DNA of 64,000 nucleotides from Octopus vulgaris (Eukaryota): NCBI GenBank assembly GCA_951406725.2, contig OX597814.1, positions 105,090,001 to 105,154,000 of the forward strand, read 5' to 3'. Shown piece by piece: positions 25,256 to 37,429 of this stretch (position 1 is its first letter; each line of letters starts with the position of its first letter). The notes under the pieces were generated by a model. It saw only the letters and a program-made list of their open reading frames with translations, ran no database searches and was not told where the DNA came from. The position numbers and the translations under genes were made by a program.

Positions 25256-25879
25256 ATATAAGAGAGTTAACGTTAAGTGGTTAACTCTAGTGCTAGAAAT
25301 AGCTCCTTATTCTGGTATAGCCACCGAAGTTGTTTCCACAGAAGAAATAACATTACCTTCAACGTAAGGGAAGCGAAATACAACGAAAAGATAGATTAAT
25401 GCTGAACAATTGTTTCTTTATCAACATAATATGCAATTATACTCACATATTTGTCTATAAATCATCGGTAGCATTTGTTCTCGATGCAATTTATCAGACC
25501 CTCACAGGCGATAAATACCCCTGCGGTCTGATCGATTGCATACATAGTTGTGGTTTAGCCTCCCGCCAAAAGCATGCTAAGACTCAGTGGAAACCAATAC
25601 CGCATACAATATTTGCTGCAGCATATTTAATTTATAAATTCATAAATGAGGGTGAAAAATTACATATTAATTTAATAATACCGTCAGTTTAGCACCAAGT
25701 GGCCTAGCACATAAAAAACCAGGGAGACAGTACAAATTTATACATAAATATAAGAGAGTTAACGTTAAATGGTTAACTCTAGTGCTAGAAATAGCTCCTT
25801 ATTCTGGTATAGCCACCGAAGTTGTTTCCACAGAAGAAATAACATTACCTTCAACGTATGTATGCGGTATTGGTTTCCA
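25256..25879 (-). mobile_element. Penelope pLTR/retrozyme-like element with 111-bp direct repeat and hammerhead
   Basis: Direct repeat 25256-25366 / 25748-25858; 21-bp inverted copy 25588-25608 / 25859-25879; hammerhead fold at 25398-25475 (-). Confidence 0.6.
25398..25475 (-). ncRNA. Type I hammerhead-like motif (CCGAUGA core, long stem II)
   Basis: AATGCTA|CCGATGA|TTTAT...AATATG..CATATT...ATAAA|GAAAC-AATT-GTT|CAGCATT. Confidence 0.6.
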
Positions 25880-26343
25880 ATAGCGCAGTCGAAGTTCATT
25901 TTGGCATGATTTTTACAGCTGGATGCTCTTCCAAACGCCAACTACATTACAGTGTAGACTGGATGCTTTTAACGTGTCACAAGCATTGGCAAGGTAACCA
26001 AATAACTCACAAGACAAGGAATTATGAGAGGGGCAGGGGCATTTGAGGAGCGGAACTTGTGCCAGATGATGAAAGGTAAGTGGGTGACAAAGAAACAGAG
26101 GCAGTAACAGGTGTCTTGCTATAAGAGAGGGGGCATTGTAGGAGGTGATCCAGTATCAGATGATGAACGGTTAGTGTAACAGATGGAGAGGCAGAAATGG
26201 GTGTCTTGCTGTAGAGGAGGTACATGGTTACCCAGAGAGAGAGGGGGGGTACCAGATGAGATCAGAAACAAGTATGCTGATGGAAAGGAGATACTTGGTT
26301 GTCTAGTCACAGGAAAAACAAGAGGAGAGAAAGAGAGAAAGAG

Positions 26344-26403
<60 letters not shown>

Positions 26404-26703
26404 AAGAGAGAAAGAGAGAGAGAGAGAGAAAGAGAGAAAGAGAGTAGGAAACAGCAAAATTGTAAGATAGAGTAGAAGAGAGATGGTGTAGTGTTTGGGT
26501 GTACTCACAAGTAACAAGACTATGAGCGTAGAACCTGGTTAGAAAATTATGGCTTGGGTGTTGGGGGCTTGGGGAGCAGCGATACAGTGAGCAGGGCAGT
26601 GAGGGCAAGAAAGAGGATAGGAAAGCAATCATAATTTATGAAATGGAAATGTAAGGAGGAGAAAGATGCAGTTAGAAGAGGAGTTGTAGTTTGATTTCTT
26701 AGG

Positions 26704-26869
26704 GTTAGTCCAATTTCACATTTTACTCAATTTTTCCACGCATTGTTTTATCTCAATGACTTCAAATCTCACCGATATTAACATGCGATTTCAATATTTT
26801 GGAGTCGTTAAAACAAAATGCCTCTCAAGTGTTTGGTCCAATTATATTTTTAAAATTCATCATAAACAT
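26704..26869 (+). repeat. Duplicate of the CAP gene 3' flank (30085-30250)
   Basis: ~165 bp colinear match from GTTAGTCCAATTTCACATTTTACTC to ATTCATCATAAACAT. Confidence 0.85.
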
Positions 26870-26879
26870 CTCAGTCCAC

Positions 26880-27600
26880 TGTCATTTCCTCCGTGAGCCC
26901 CCACATCCTAAGGTCGGTCCTCAACACTTCATTCCATGTGCTCTTGAGTCTTCCTCTTCCTCAAGTACCATCCAGTTTCACTGACAAACACTTTTGTATA
27001 CAGTTGTCTTTACTTATACTCATCACATGTCCAAACCAGTGCATTTTCCTCTCCTACATGTCAAATGTAATCCCTATTATGCCCAACTTTTCTTTTAACA
27101 CAATTGTGCTTTGTCGGTCATGCGCACTGATGTTTTAAATCCAACGGAGCATACTACCTCCATTTCTCTCCCGCCTACGCACGTCCTCTGCAGTCGGAGC
27201 ACATGTCTCACCTCCATGTAACATAGCTTTTCTCACATAAGCATCAGACAACCTGCCTTTCACTCTGAGAAAGAGTCCTTTTGCTGTCAACAGAGGCAGT
27301 AGTTCTTTGAACTTTCTCTACCCTATTCTTAGTCTAGAAGCAGTACTTTCAGAGCGCCCACCACTGTCACTAATTTGGTCGCCTAAATAGCAGAAACTAT
27401 CAAGTACCTCAAGAGATCCTGCTGAGAATCGTGCTCTTAGTAATTACGGTCCCTGCGCATCTGCCACACGCAAAAGCAACCTTATCTGATAACTTTCCCA
27501 CAATTCCACTGCATCCCTTATGCGTCCATAGCTTACACTTCGTGCAGCAAATAGAATTACATCTCACTCCTTTCCTATTTATTGAACCGGGCCATTTGCC
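26880..27600 (-). mobile_element. RTE-clade LINE RT 3' fragment
   Basis: Minus-strand translation includes FCYLGD, KFKELLPLL..KG...VKGRL..AYVRKAMLHGGET; decayed. Confidence 0.65.
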
Positions 27601-28939
27601 AACCGGAATGGGAGTCTTGTCTCCTATATAAATATAGGCGCAGACGTGGCTGGGTGCAAAGAAGCTTGCCTCTCAACCACGGGTCTCCAAATTTAGTCCC
27701 ACTCTGTGGCACCTTGGGCAAGGGTCTTCTGATACAGCCTCGAGACCACAAAATGACTGCGAGTGGATTTGATGGATGGAAACTTAAAGAAGCGGGTCGT
27801 ATATTTATATATATGTGACGGGGGTGCATGTATGTGCATGTGTAAGTATGTATGTCTCCCACCATCGATTGACATCTGGTGTTGAGTTTACGACTCCGTA
27901 ACTAGCTTAACACCCGGTGTTGGTGTGTTAATGTCCCCGTAAATTGGCGGTTCGGCGAAAAAAACTTATAGAATAATTTCTAGTCTAAGAGCAAAAGTAC
28001 TGGAATTGATTAGTTCAACTACAAAAAATACTTCAAGGCTGTGCCCCAGCATAGCCGCAGTCGAATGACTGAAACATGTAAAAGATAGATGTCATGAATG
28101 TTTAAAATGTCTGTTAGGGAATTTGGTAAAACTGCTGAGTATCGTTTAATCTATGCCGTTTCGACATCTCTCTTATAAACCATTTTGTATCTGCCTTGAA
28201 ATAGAATTCAATTTATCGCTTTTAGACAAACCATTCTTCTGAAAGCACAACTGCCAAAATAAGGCATGGAAACGTTCTGGAAGCTAATATTTCTGCTGAC
28301 AATAAAAAGATTCTCTCTTCGAGTAAAATGAGTGAATTTTAGTATTCAATCGCCTTACTCGTATGTGATTTAATTACTTTTACAAAGAAAATCTGTCCAC
28401 GAATTAAAACATTATTTATTCAGAATGAATGATGTTATTTAGGATGAATATTATTTAGAATAAATGTTTGAATTCAGTGAGTCATTCATGTGTTATTATT
28501 GAAATGGTTCGCAAAGTGGGCTGGATACAAACGCTCATTTCTTGAGAGGAAACAGCCTTCCTGCGTCATATGACGTGACCTCTGACATTGTTCGTTTAGC
28601 GTTGCCGTTGAAAGAAGTTTAAATTTCAATTTCTAAGATGCTATATCAAAAGGATTATCTTGGAAGGTTTAATGAACTCCATAAGCATCCTGCTACGCAA
28701 CTTACAGGTTTGTCAACTAAGAATTTATCAAAATAATTTTGTTTAAAAATACATTAACGAACGAGTGTCCAACAAACTTTGATTAATAATAAAAACAATA
28801 TAGTTGGAATAATGGAGCTTAAAAGACGTATTTTTTTATCATAGTAATTGACTTGTGTAATAGATATTGAGAATTTTTGGAATGAGAAAACCTTTCTCTA
28901 GGACAGAAAAACTGAGGAAGCCTGCCTCGATTTATTACA

Positions 28940-29863
28940 ATGAAAAACCAAATGACGTCCATGTATTTAAAATACTTAATTGTATTTACAGTGGCGATGC
29001 GTGTATGTATTTCGGAAGGAAATTGCCCCAAAAAATTTTGGCACAAAGAAGAGCACACTGCATGTCTTGAAAAGTCGCCTAAGTTAATGGAATCAATGTT
29101 TGTGAGTGAAAATGATAAAAATGCCATAGTCAACATGCATAATGCTTATCGAAGTAGTGTTAAACCTCCGGCCTGTAATATGTTTAAAATGTACTGGGAT
29201 AATGAACTGGCCTACATTGCACAGAAATGGGCCGATAATTGTGAATATAAACATGATGAGAGTTCTAGAAGAAGTATACCTCTAAAGTATAGCGTAGGTC
29301 AAAATATTGCCGCAGGATTCCCGAACTGGGAAAACGTCATCTATGCCTGGCATTCTGAAGGGAAAAATTATAAATTTGGTGACAAAAGAATGAAAAACAG
29401 CGGGCATTACACGCAGATAGTGTGGTCGACATCCCTTTTAATTGGCTGCGGAGCGTCACGTTGTTCATTTATAGGCATGCTGTATGTTTGTAATTACGCT
29501 CCTGCGGGAAATACATACGGTCAAGACCCATACCGACGCTGTCGAACTCAGCGACCTTTGAACGATTGTGGTAATAGCCCTTGTTATAATTTCGGTACAC
29601 TGAACAGACTTGACTGCTCCTGCCATTGTTTAAATTATCATCAAATACATGGACCCCGTTGTATGATAAACTGTTCCTATTCTGACCCAATTTTTCCGTG
29701 CCGTTTAAGAACTCATGATTCGTGTAAATATACAAATGTACGCCCTACTTGTCCTTGGCTATGCGAAGAATGTAATGGCGGATTTTTGTCTCGAAGGACA
29801 AACCTGGTTCTTCTTTGTGCTGCACATATTTTAAGGATCATCATGTACTCTGATTATCATTAA
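28940..29863 (+). CDS. CAP/CRISP-family secreted cysteine-rich protein (307 aa, intronless)
   Basis: Signal peptide; HNAYRSSVKPPACNM, GQNIAAG, GHYTQIVW, YVCNYAPAGN; Cys-rich C-terminal extension ending ShK-like CPWLCEEC; hydrophobic tail. Confidence 0.92.
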   Translation: MKNQMTSMYLKYLIVFTVAMRVCISEGNCPKKFWHKEEHTACLEKSPKLMESMFVSENDKNAIVNMHNAYRSSVKPPACNMFKMYWDNELAYIAQKWADNCEYKHDESSRRSIPLKYSVGQNIAAGFPNWENVIYAWHSEGKNYKFGDKRMKNSGHYTQIVWSTSLLIGCGASRCSFIGMLYVCNYAPAGNTYGQDPYRRCRTQRPLNDCGNSPCYNFGTLNRLDCSCHCLNYHQIHGPRCMINCSYSDPIFPCRLRTHDSCKYTNVRPTCPWLCEECNGGFLSRRTNLVLLCAAHILRIIMYSDYH

Positions 29864-31618
29864 TCGTTATCTCGAGTCAATTTCGAACATTTGGACCAAC
29901 AATTCAGCTCCTACACGTTACTTTTCGCATTTCACATACCATCGCATATTTTTCTGTAAAAGAATTTTTTATTTATAATCGTTAACATAAACATTTTTAC
30001 AGAATTTTAAAATTTGACAATATGTTGAATTCTTAGTTTAGCTTTAACATATTCCCCAGTGATTAAAATTCTGTATATTTCGTAGTTAGTCCAATTTCAC
30101 ATTTTACTCAATTTTTTCACACACTGTTTTACCTCTATGACTTCAAATCTCACCGATGTTAACATTCGAATTCAATGTTTTGAAGTCGTTAAAGCAAAAT
30201 ACCTCGAGAGTGTTTGGTCCAATTATATTTTTACAATTCATCATAAACATGAATGGAATTATAATACAATATATGACAAATCGTTTTGAAGACTATATAA
30301 CTTCCTTCTGCATTTAATTCCTCGAATGTAACTTTTAGCAAACCTACTTCGCTCATTATATTTCATGTAAAATCTGTAACTTGTCCATATATACTTATAT
30401 ACATCGGTCATGGTATTTCATAGAACGGTGTACTACGTACTGAAATACAAAGTGCTTAGAATGTAATTATGTACATATATTATGTTAATTTGTCAATAAA
30501 ATGAATACCAAAGTGCTTGTAATTACTTTTGCCTTTTCAGTAATTAGTTTAGTCTTAATGAATTGCAAACACATAACAAAACGAACTGCACATAAAATAC
30601 TCTTCACCAAAATAAAGCTGATAAAGAAAGCATGTATTTTCCACGAGAACAGAAAATGAGATGCCTTCTTCAACTTGTGACTTATAAAGTATCAAAAGTC
30701 AGATGATAGAAATATCAATCATAAAATACAGGTTGACTGACACAAATGGCAAACTCACCATAGACAAAATTTAAAAGATGGGGATGATATGAACCAGCAA
30801 TGAGAGGGATAAAGCAACAACAACGGAGGCTTTTAATAAGCTGAAGACTTCAGCAAAAATGATATTCTATAGCCTCATGGTAACGCTTTGAAAAGCAACG
30901 CTACTTACACGTCCAGTTGTTTATAGAATCTCGGTTAAGCAAAGTCGATAAAGTGCTGCTTCTAGTCTGAGATTGAAAAGGAATTTGAATATTGCAATTC
31001 TCTGCAGAAACTGGCAAAAACTGACTGAAAACAATATGGAACTATTACGTTTTTGTAGTTGGTTTGAAAAGAAACTCGGTCTCAGGTGTCACTCGAGTAT
31101 TTGAAACATTTTGCCGTATCTCGAGAGGGACGTTGTTCTTTTCCATTTCTTTATTTTTTTACCTGTAAATTGGTTAATCAGCCATTTAAGTTTGTCAAAG
31201 TGTTTTCGTTGAAGAAGGCAGTGAGCTGGCAGAATCACTCGCACGCCGGGCAAAATGTTTAGCGGCATTTCGGCCGAACTTACATTCTGAGCTCAAATTC
31301 TGCCGAGGTCGACTTTGCCTTTCATCCTTTAGGGGTCGATAAAGTAAGTACCAGTCCAGCAGTGGAGTCGATGTGATCCACTTACCACCCCCCACACTAA
31401 AATTGCTGGTCAAGTGCTAAAATTTTCTTCGTTGCAAAACTAAAAGCTTTTGTAGAACCAATTCAATTGTCCCTGGCTGTAAAGGCTTAGGACATCAATG
31501 CCATTAAGAATCCGTCCCATTATAAAGATATCAAAATAGATTTCTAGCCACAGATTTGTGAATGCAAAGCTGATCCATATCCATAATAAAAGACAAGTAG
31601 AGATGGTAAATAAATATT

Positions 31619-31832
31619 CTTTTCTACTCAAGGCACAAGGCCCGAAACTTTGGGCGAGAGGGCCAGTCGATTAGATCGACCCCAGTACTCAACTGGTACT
31701 TAATTTATCGACCCTGGAAGGGTGAAAAGCAAAGTCGACCTCGACGGAATTAGAACTCAGAACGTAAAAACTGATGAAATACTGCTAAGCATTTCGCCCG
31801 GCATGCTAACGTTTCCGCCAGCTCGCCGCCTT
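31619..31832 (-). mobile_element. Nin-like SINE with TSD
   Basis: Reverse homolog of 958-1179; 16-bp TSD ATGGTAAATAAATATT (31603-31618, 31833-31848). Confidence 0.85.
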
Positions 31833-33055
31833 ATGGTAAATAAATATTGAGTTGAAAGTTTAATAACAATTTCAACACATGCGATCTGTACAGATATTGG
31901 CTTCAAATTTTGAAACAAAGCCAGCAATTTTGGAGTGGGGGTAGGTTGGTTACATCCACCGCAGTACTCAAAAGCTACTTATGTTATCGGATCCGAAATG
32001 ATGAAAGGCCGGTTGGACCCCCGGCTGATTTTGAACTCAGACAAAATGCTGCCCGGCGAACTCACGATCCTGCAGCTTGGTACCTTACAATGGACAAAAT
32101 ATTGGCGAGAAGAATTTCAATGAAAGAAAAAGAAGCAAAAAAAGTTACTTATATGGCGGTGCCCCAGCATGGCCACAGCTCATGAGCTGAAACTGGAAAA
32201 ATCAAAATCAAAATCATGCAACAAACCAAAATATCTATCTTTTAACTTGTTTCACCCGTTCCATACTTGGGCACCTCCTTTATTCGAATGAATCTACCTC
32301 ACCACCTATTCTTTTTTCAGCCTTGTTCTATTCTATCCGCAACTTTTGGATACAGCAATGAACCCTAATAAACTAACTCACGAAGATATATTCTCAAGAC
32401 AAAAGAAAATATCATAAATAGAAATAGAACACTTAATAGTAAAGATACATCAGGAAAACGTAGATAGTAACCACACAGCAATACCAAATAATATCATAAG
32501 CACTGAGATAGCAAAACACGAAGACAGACGTTACATTTCCAACAAAAACGAAAGACAACAAACCCACACCGTAGGAATGTATAAGGATGAGCAAGATGCA
32601 TCAAACCAGAACACCACAGACAAAAGGAAAATATGAACGGGAGGAAATACGAAACAAATTTAAAACCTGAAAACAATGAATTATCCGTAGATTATCCGTG
32701 GATTATCCGTAGTAATGGGGACACCAATTAGGACATGATGATGGGACATCGATAGCTATAATGTAACTCTGTTGCTATTCTATCGGCACTCTTACATATT
32801 TGATTGATCGTTCACCATTCGAAAGGCCCCAGTGAATCATCATGATGTTTTTGATGCAGGAATTCGTCAATTCCAGTGCCCTCCGAACAATAAGAGATTA
32901 TTGGTGCACCATATTGAATTTACATCCCAGAATTATTTATACCAGTTTACAATAAATCCTGATATATCGTCTCTTGTTTTACACCCAACTCTCGCAGAAT
33001 CTCGAACACTTGGAGAAGTAGTATTTAAATTTCTCTCTGAAATAAAAATATACAC

Positions 33056-33445
33056 AGGTGCAGGAGTGGCTGTGTCGTAAGAAGCTGGCTTCATAATCAC
33101 ATGGTTCTGGGTTCAGTCCCACTGCGTGGAGCCTTGGGCAAGTCCTCTACTGTAACCTCGGGCCGACCAAAGCCTTGTGAATGGATTTTGCAGACGGAAA
33201 CTGGAAGAAGCTCGTCGTATATATATTTATATGTATATGTCTGTGTGTAGTTCATTTGTGTCTGTGATGCCGCCCCCTCCATCACCGCTTGACAATCAAG
33301 CTTGGTGTGTTTACGTCCTCGTAAACAGTTCAGCAAAAGAGACCGATAAAAAAGTACTAGGCTTTAAAAAGACAAGTCCTGGGGTTAATCTAGTCACTAG
33401 AACACTTTAAGGTGGTGCTCCAGCATGGCTGAAATCCGAAGCAAG
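33056..33445 (+). mobile_element. tRNA-derived SINE (same family as 5926)
   Basis: Sequence homology including box A/B and the CCTTGGGCAAG core. Confidence 0.75.
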
Positions 33446-33777
33446 CAAAACACTAAAAAAAAAAATAGAAGACTCTATGAACGTAGAGGCTTGTACGGCA
33501 GATCGTACGATATTATGTTCTACCAGTTGAAATCCTTTGACATTTGGCAACAGTGATAGTTTCATTCCAAAACAACAGACTATCGCGCCGTAAACCATAT
33601 TGTGTCAGCCATTTGTAATGGGATTTTCTTTTCTATGATTGCTACCATTTTTTTACGAATTATATTAAGCAAACTTATGGCCAATTTGATTAGTTGTTGT
33701 ACAGGAAACATCACATAAAATAAGATTCCAACAGAACCTGTCGACTCTAATACGAACGGGAAATGATTTACATAAGA

Positions 33778-33830
<53 letters not shown>

Positions 33831-34607
33831 TATGAACCGAAGAGAAAAAGAACCTTACTGTGTATCTATATGAAATATACGTACCAGTAGCGAGAGACCA
33901 AATTCTCATATTTTGTTATGAAAGAGAATTACTTAAAATAGTCCGCTAAAGAGGCGAATAAAACTTGCAGTACTTATACATTTTAAAAGGAATTAGCGAA
34001 GGACTGACAGAATGAGACAAACTAGGTGTTTTATGAAGTTACGGACCTCTAATTTCTCTGTTCCATTCCTACCCTAATTAACTTTGCGTCATATGCTTCG
34101 TGTAAAGACGGAATAAAATTCGAGTCAAGTCCTGGTGTCTATTTAATATTCCCAGAAGAATTCTTGATGTGGGTGGAAATATGATAGAAGTTTAAATCTA
34201 CAACATCACTGAGATTGGTCAACGACCGAATAATATTCAGAACGGGAATAACGTCGTTATCTCACATACTCCCATATATTGTGGACATCATTGATTCTGA
34301 CTCACAGAGCTAGGGTTGGGGGCATAGACCTAATTCTTGTACAGACACTCAGGTATACTCACACACACACAAGCACCCACAAACGGACAAATACTCCTAC
34401 AAATACACGCACATATACACACAGACGCATAAATATAAGCGTACATACACGCTGTGTGTTTGTGTGTGTGTGTCAGCGTGTGCATGTGTGTGAGATTATA
34501 TGTATACTCATATTTATGTATGTACGTATGTATATCCGTATCAATCGTTTAACATCTGTTATCTACATATGTAGTTATATGTTTAGATGCACGTATGTAT
34601 GCATGTG

Positions 34608-34671
<64 letters not shown>

Positions 34672-35416
34672 CTTGCATAATGCATAAATACACTAACACG
34701 ATATGCACAAAGGTATCCATATATACGGATGTATAGAAAGAAATCTTTTATAAAGAATTCATCTGGTTTCATGAATACGGAACTCAGCCCTGGAAGAATC
34801 TTTTTCTGTCAAGCAAAATTGAATTAAATCGAATTAACGCAATAAGGGATTCGCTGAAAAGGAGGCAGAAGCAGCGACTGTGCGACGACTTGGGAAATAA
34901 ATTAAAAACAGTCTTGTATACAGTTTATTGCGTCCGTGATTGACGTAACAGAAGAAGAGAAAAAAAGGTACGCTGCTGCAGCGATGTTATTTATCGAAAG
35001 CCAAAAGACTTTGATTAAAGAGTTGTGGAAATTATGATAGGTTTTCCAGATATATTGTCACGCTGTCCAGTCTTGGTGAATCACACATCTAAATAGACAT
35101 CTTCTACTTTAGCATCTCTTCTTCCTCCTCCTCCTCTTCTTCCTCCGCCTCTTGCAGGTTTTTGTCTGATCAAATATGATTCATATTTTACATTCTTCAG
35201 TGTAGGCCTATAATTCCTTTATAAGCAATTTCATTTATAATTTAGATGAGTTTACTTTCTTTTCCTTTTTCCTGGGAACATGTTAGATTCACCATAAAGA
35301 GCCCAACTCTTTCTTCATCATTGCATATCGTGAAAACTCTAAACTCCTCTTCTGTTTTATTGCCCCTTTTCGATTTTCGATTCTTTCTTTCTTTCTGTCT
35401 ATCAATCAGTCAGTCA

Positions 35417-35530
<114 letters not shown>

Positions 35531-35541
35531 TTATCTATCTA

Positions 35542-35596
<55 letters not shown>

Positions 35597-35684
35597 GTCT
35601 GCCTGTCTGTCTATCTGTCTGCCTGTCTGTCTGTCTTCCGTCCGTCTGTTTGTCTGTCTGTCTGTCTATCTATTTATCTATCTA

Positions 35685-35770
<86 letters not shown>

Positions 35771-35771
35771 A

Positions 35772-35883
<112 letters not shown>

Positions 35884-35964
35884 GTCTGTCTGTCTGTCTA
35901 TCTATCTGTTTGTCTGTCTGTCTGTCTGCCTATCTATCTATCTATCAATCTATCTATCTATCTA

Positions 35965-35995
<31 letters not shown>

Positions 35996-36030
35996 GCCCG
36001 TCCGTCTGTCTGTCTATCTATCTATCTATC

Positions 36031-37131
36031 TAAAGCATTCTATAGGGGATTAGTGGAGGGGAGGTACGACGACGAGCTCGGGGCGAACCTGGACGTCGAC
36101 GAGGAGTACCTGACCCGCCTGTTCAGGACGACTCTCGGGCCAGGGCCCATGGACAACTTCCAGAGATCCCTGGCCTGGCAGTGCTACCGAGAAGCGCTAC
36201 CCGTTCGGGTTAAGCTCTACAGACACGGCTCGAGAAACACGGGGCCGACCTGCCCGAGATGCGGTCAGAGCGACGAAACCGTTCTGCACGCACTCATGCA
36301 CTGTCCAACAATTTCCGACCTGTGGGCTTATGTCGAACAACTGCTGTCACGTGTGGGACGAGTCGGTTTATCAGCTGAGTCTATCGTCAATATTATCACG
36401 CCTCCTTCCTTCAAACGGGAGGGAAGAGCTATTTTCATCATCCTTGTGGCTATGGCGAAAGAATGTATCTGGTGGACGCGTCTGAAAGGATTGGAGACAA
36501 ACACTTTCCTCTCTGGTCAATCTCTCATCAACTTCTTCAAGTACCACTTGAAAAGGAAAGTGAGAGTAGAGAGGCAAGTTTTGTCTAGCGAATGTTTTAA
36601 AAAAAGATGGGTGAATGTAGCAAGGATGGCACGTATGAATGACGAAGCCACCTTGAGCATAATCCTATGAACCCAGAAATTGAAAACAGAGGGTTACCCA
36701 CTTGCAAACAAATGTGGTAACATATAACAATATTGACCGAGGTTACCGTGGTCTTTTTCGTAGGCTTTTCTTCCCACGGATAAACCTTACTTGCTTTCCC
36801 CTTTACACCATATATCATAACACTGTGATACACGATCCCTATTGATCGTTTTTTTTTCCTCTTCCCCCTTTTTTTTCCCCTTTTTTCTTCTTTTTCCATT
36901 TCTCTTTCCTTTTGTTCCTTTTCCTTTTCTTTTTTTTCTTTTTATTCCTTTTATTTTATTCAAATTTTTTTTTGTTCTTTTCTTCCCTTTTATGATCCCT
37001 CTTGATCGAAAACCTACGCCACCCCTTTTTTTTTTTTCTTTTGTTTTTTGTTCTCTTCATCCCCCAAAAGAAAAGATCTACCTTGTAACTTGTCCCATCT
37101 GTGTGCAGCCATGTGCGGCCAATAAAGAAAC
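36031..37131 (+). mobile_element. L1/Tx1-clade LINE 3' fragment in (TATC)n
   Basis: Homologous to 12707-13790 with complete 3' end AATAAAGAAAC; long (TATC/TGTC)n 5' and (TATC)n 3'. Confidence 0.9.
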
Positions 37132-37211
<80 letters not shown>

Positions 37212-37429
37212 GTCTATCAAGTTGTATTCCTGTCTGTATCTCTTTCCCCATATGTGTGAGTGTGTTTTTGTGATTAAAACAATTTCACATTAATCTGACG
37301 GGTTGTTCTTTTCTTTTGCACAGTACCAATTTATTATTCTTAACCAAGAATATTATTGACAGTGACTTCGAAGTTTCGATCACTGAAATCCTTGTCGGAG
37401 TGCCCCAGCATGGCCCGAAGTCTAGAGAG

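Noticed and set aside
25292-25303. GCTAGAAATAGC (also 25784-25795) matches part of the SpCas9 sgRNA scaffold
   Set aside because: Only 12 bp, no spacer-repeat array or cas genes, eukaryotic context. It is the reverse strand of the TTTCTA-stem motif.
33830-34100. Possible fifth member of the ACCAGTAG/stem motif family after (TA)n
   Set aside because: Only a 5-bp stem (TAGCG/CGCTA), no TAGAAAT and no convincing hammerhead.
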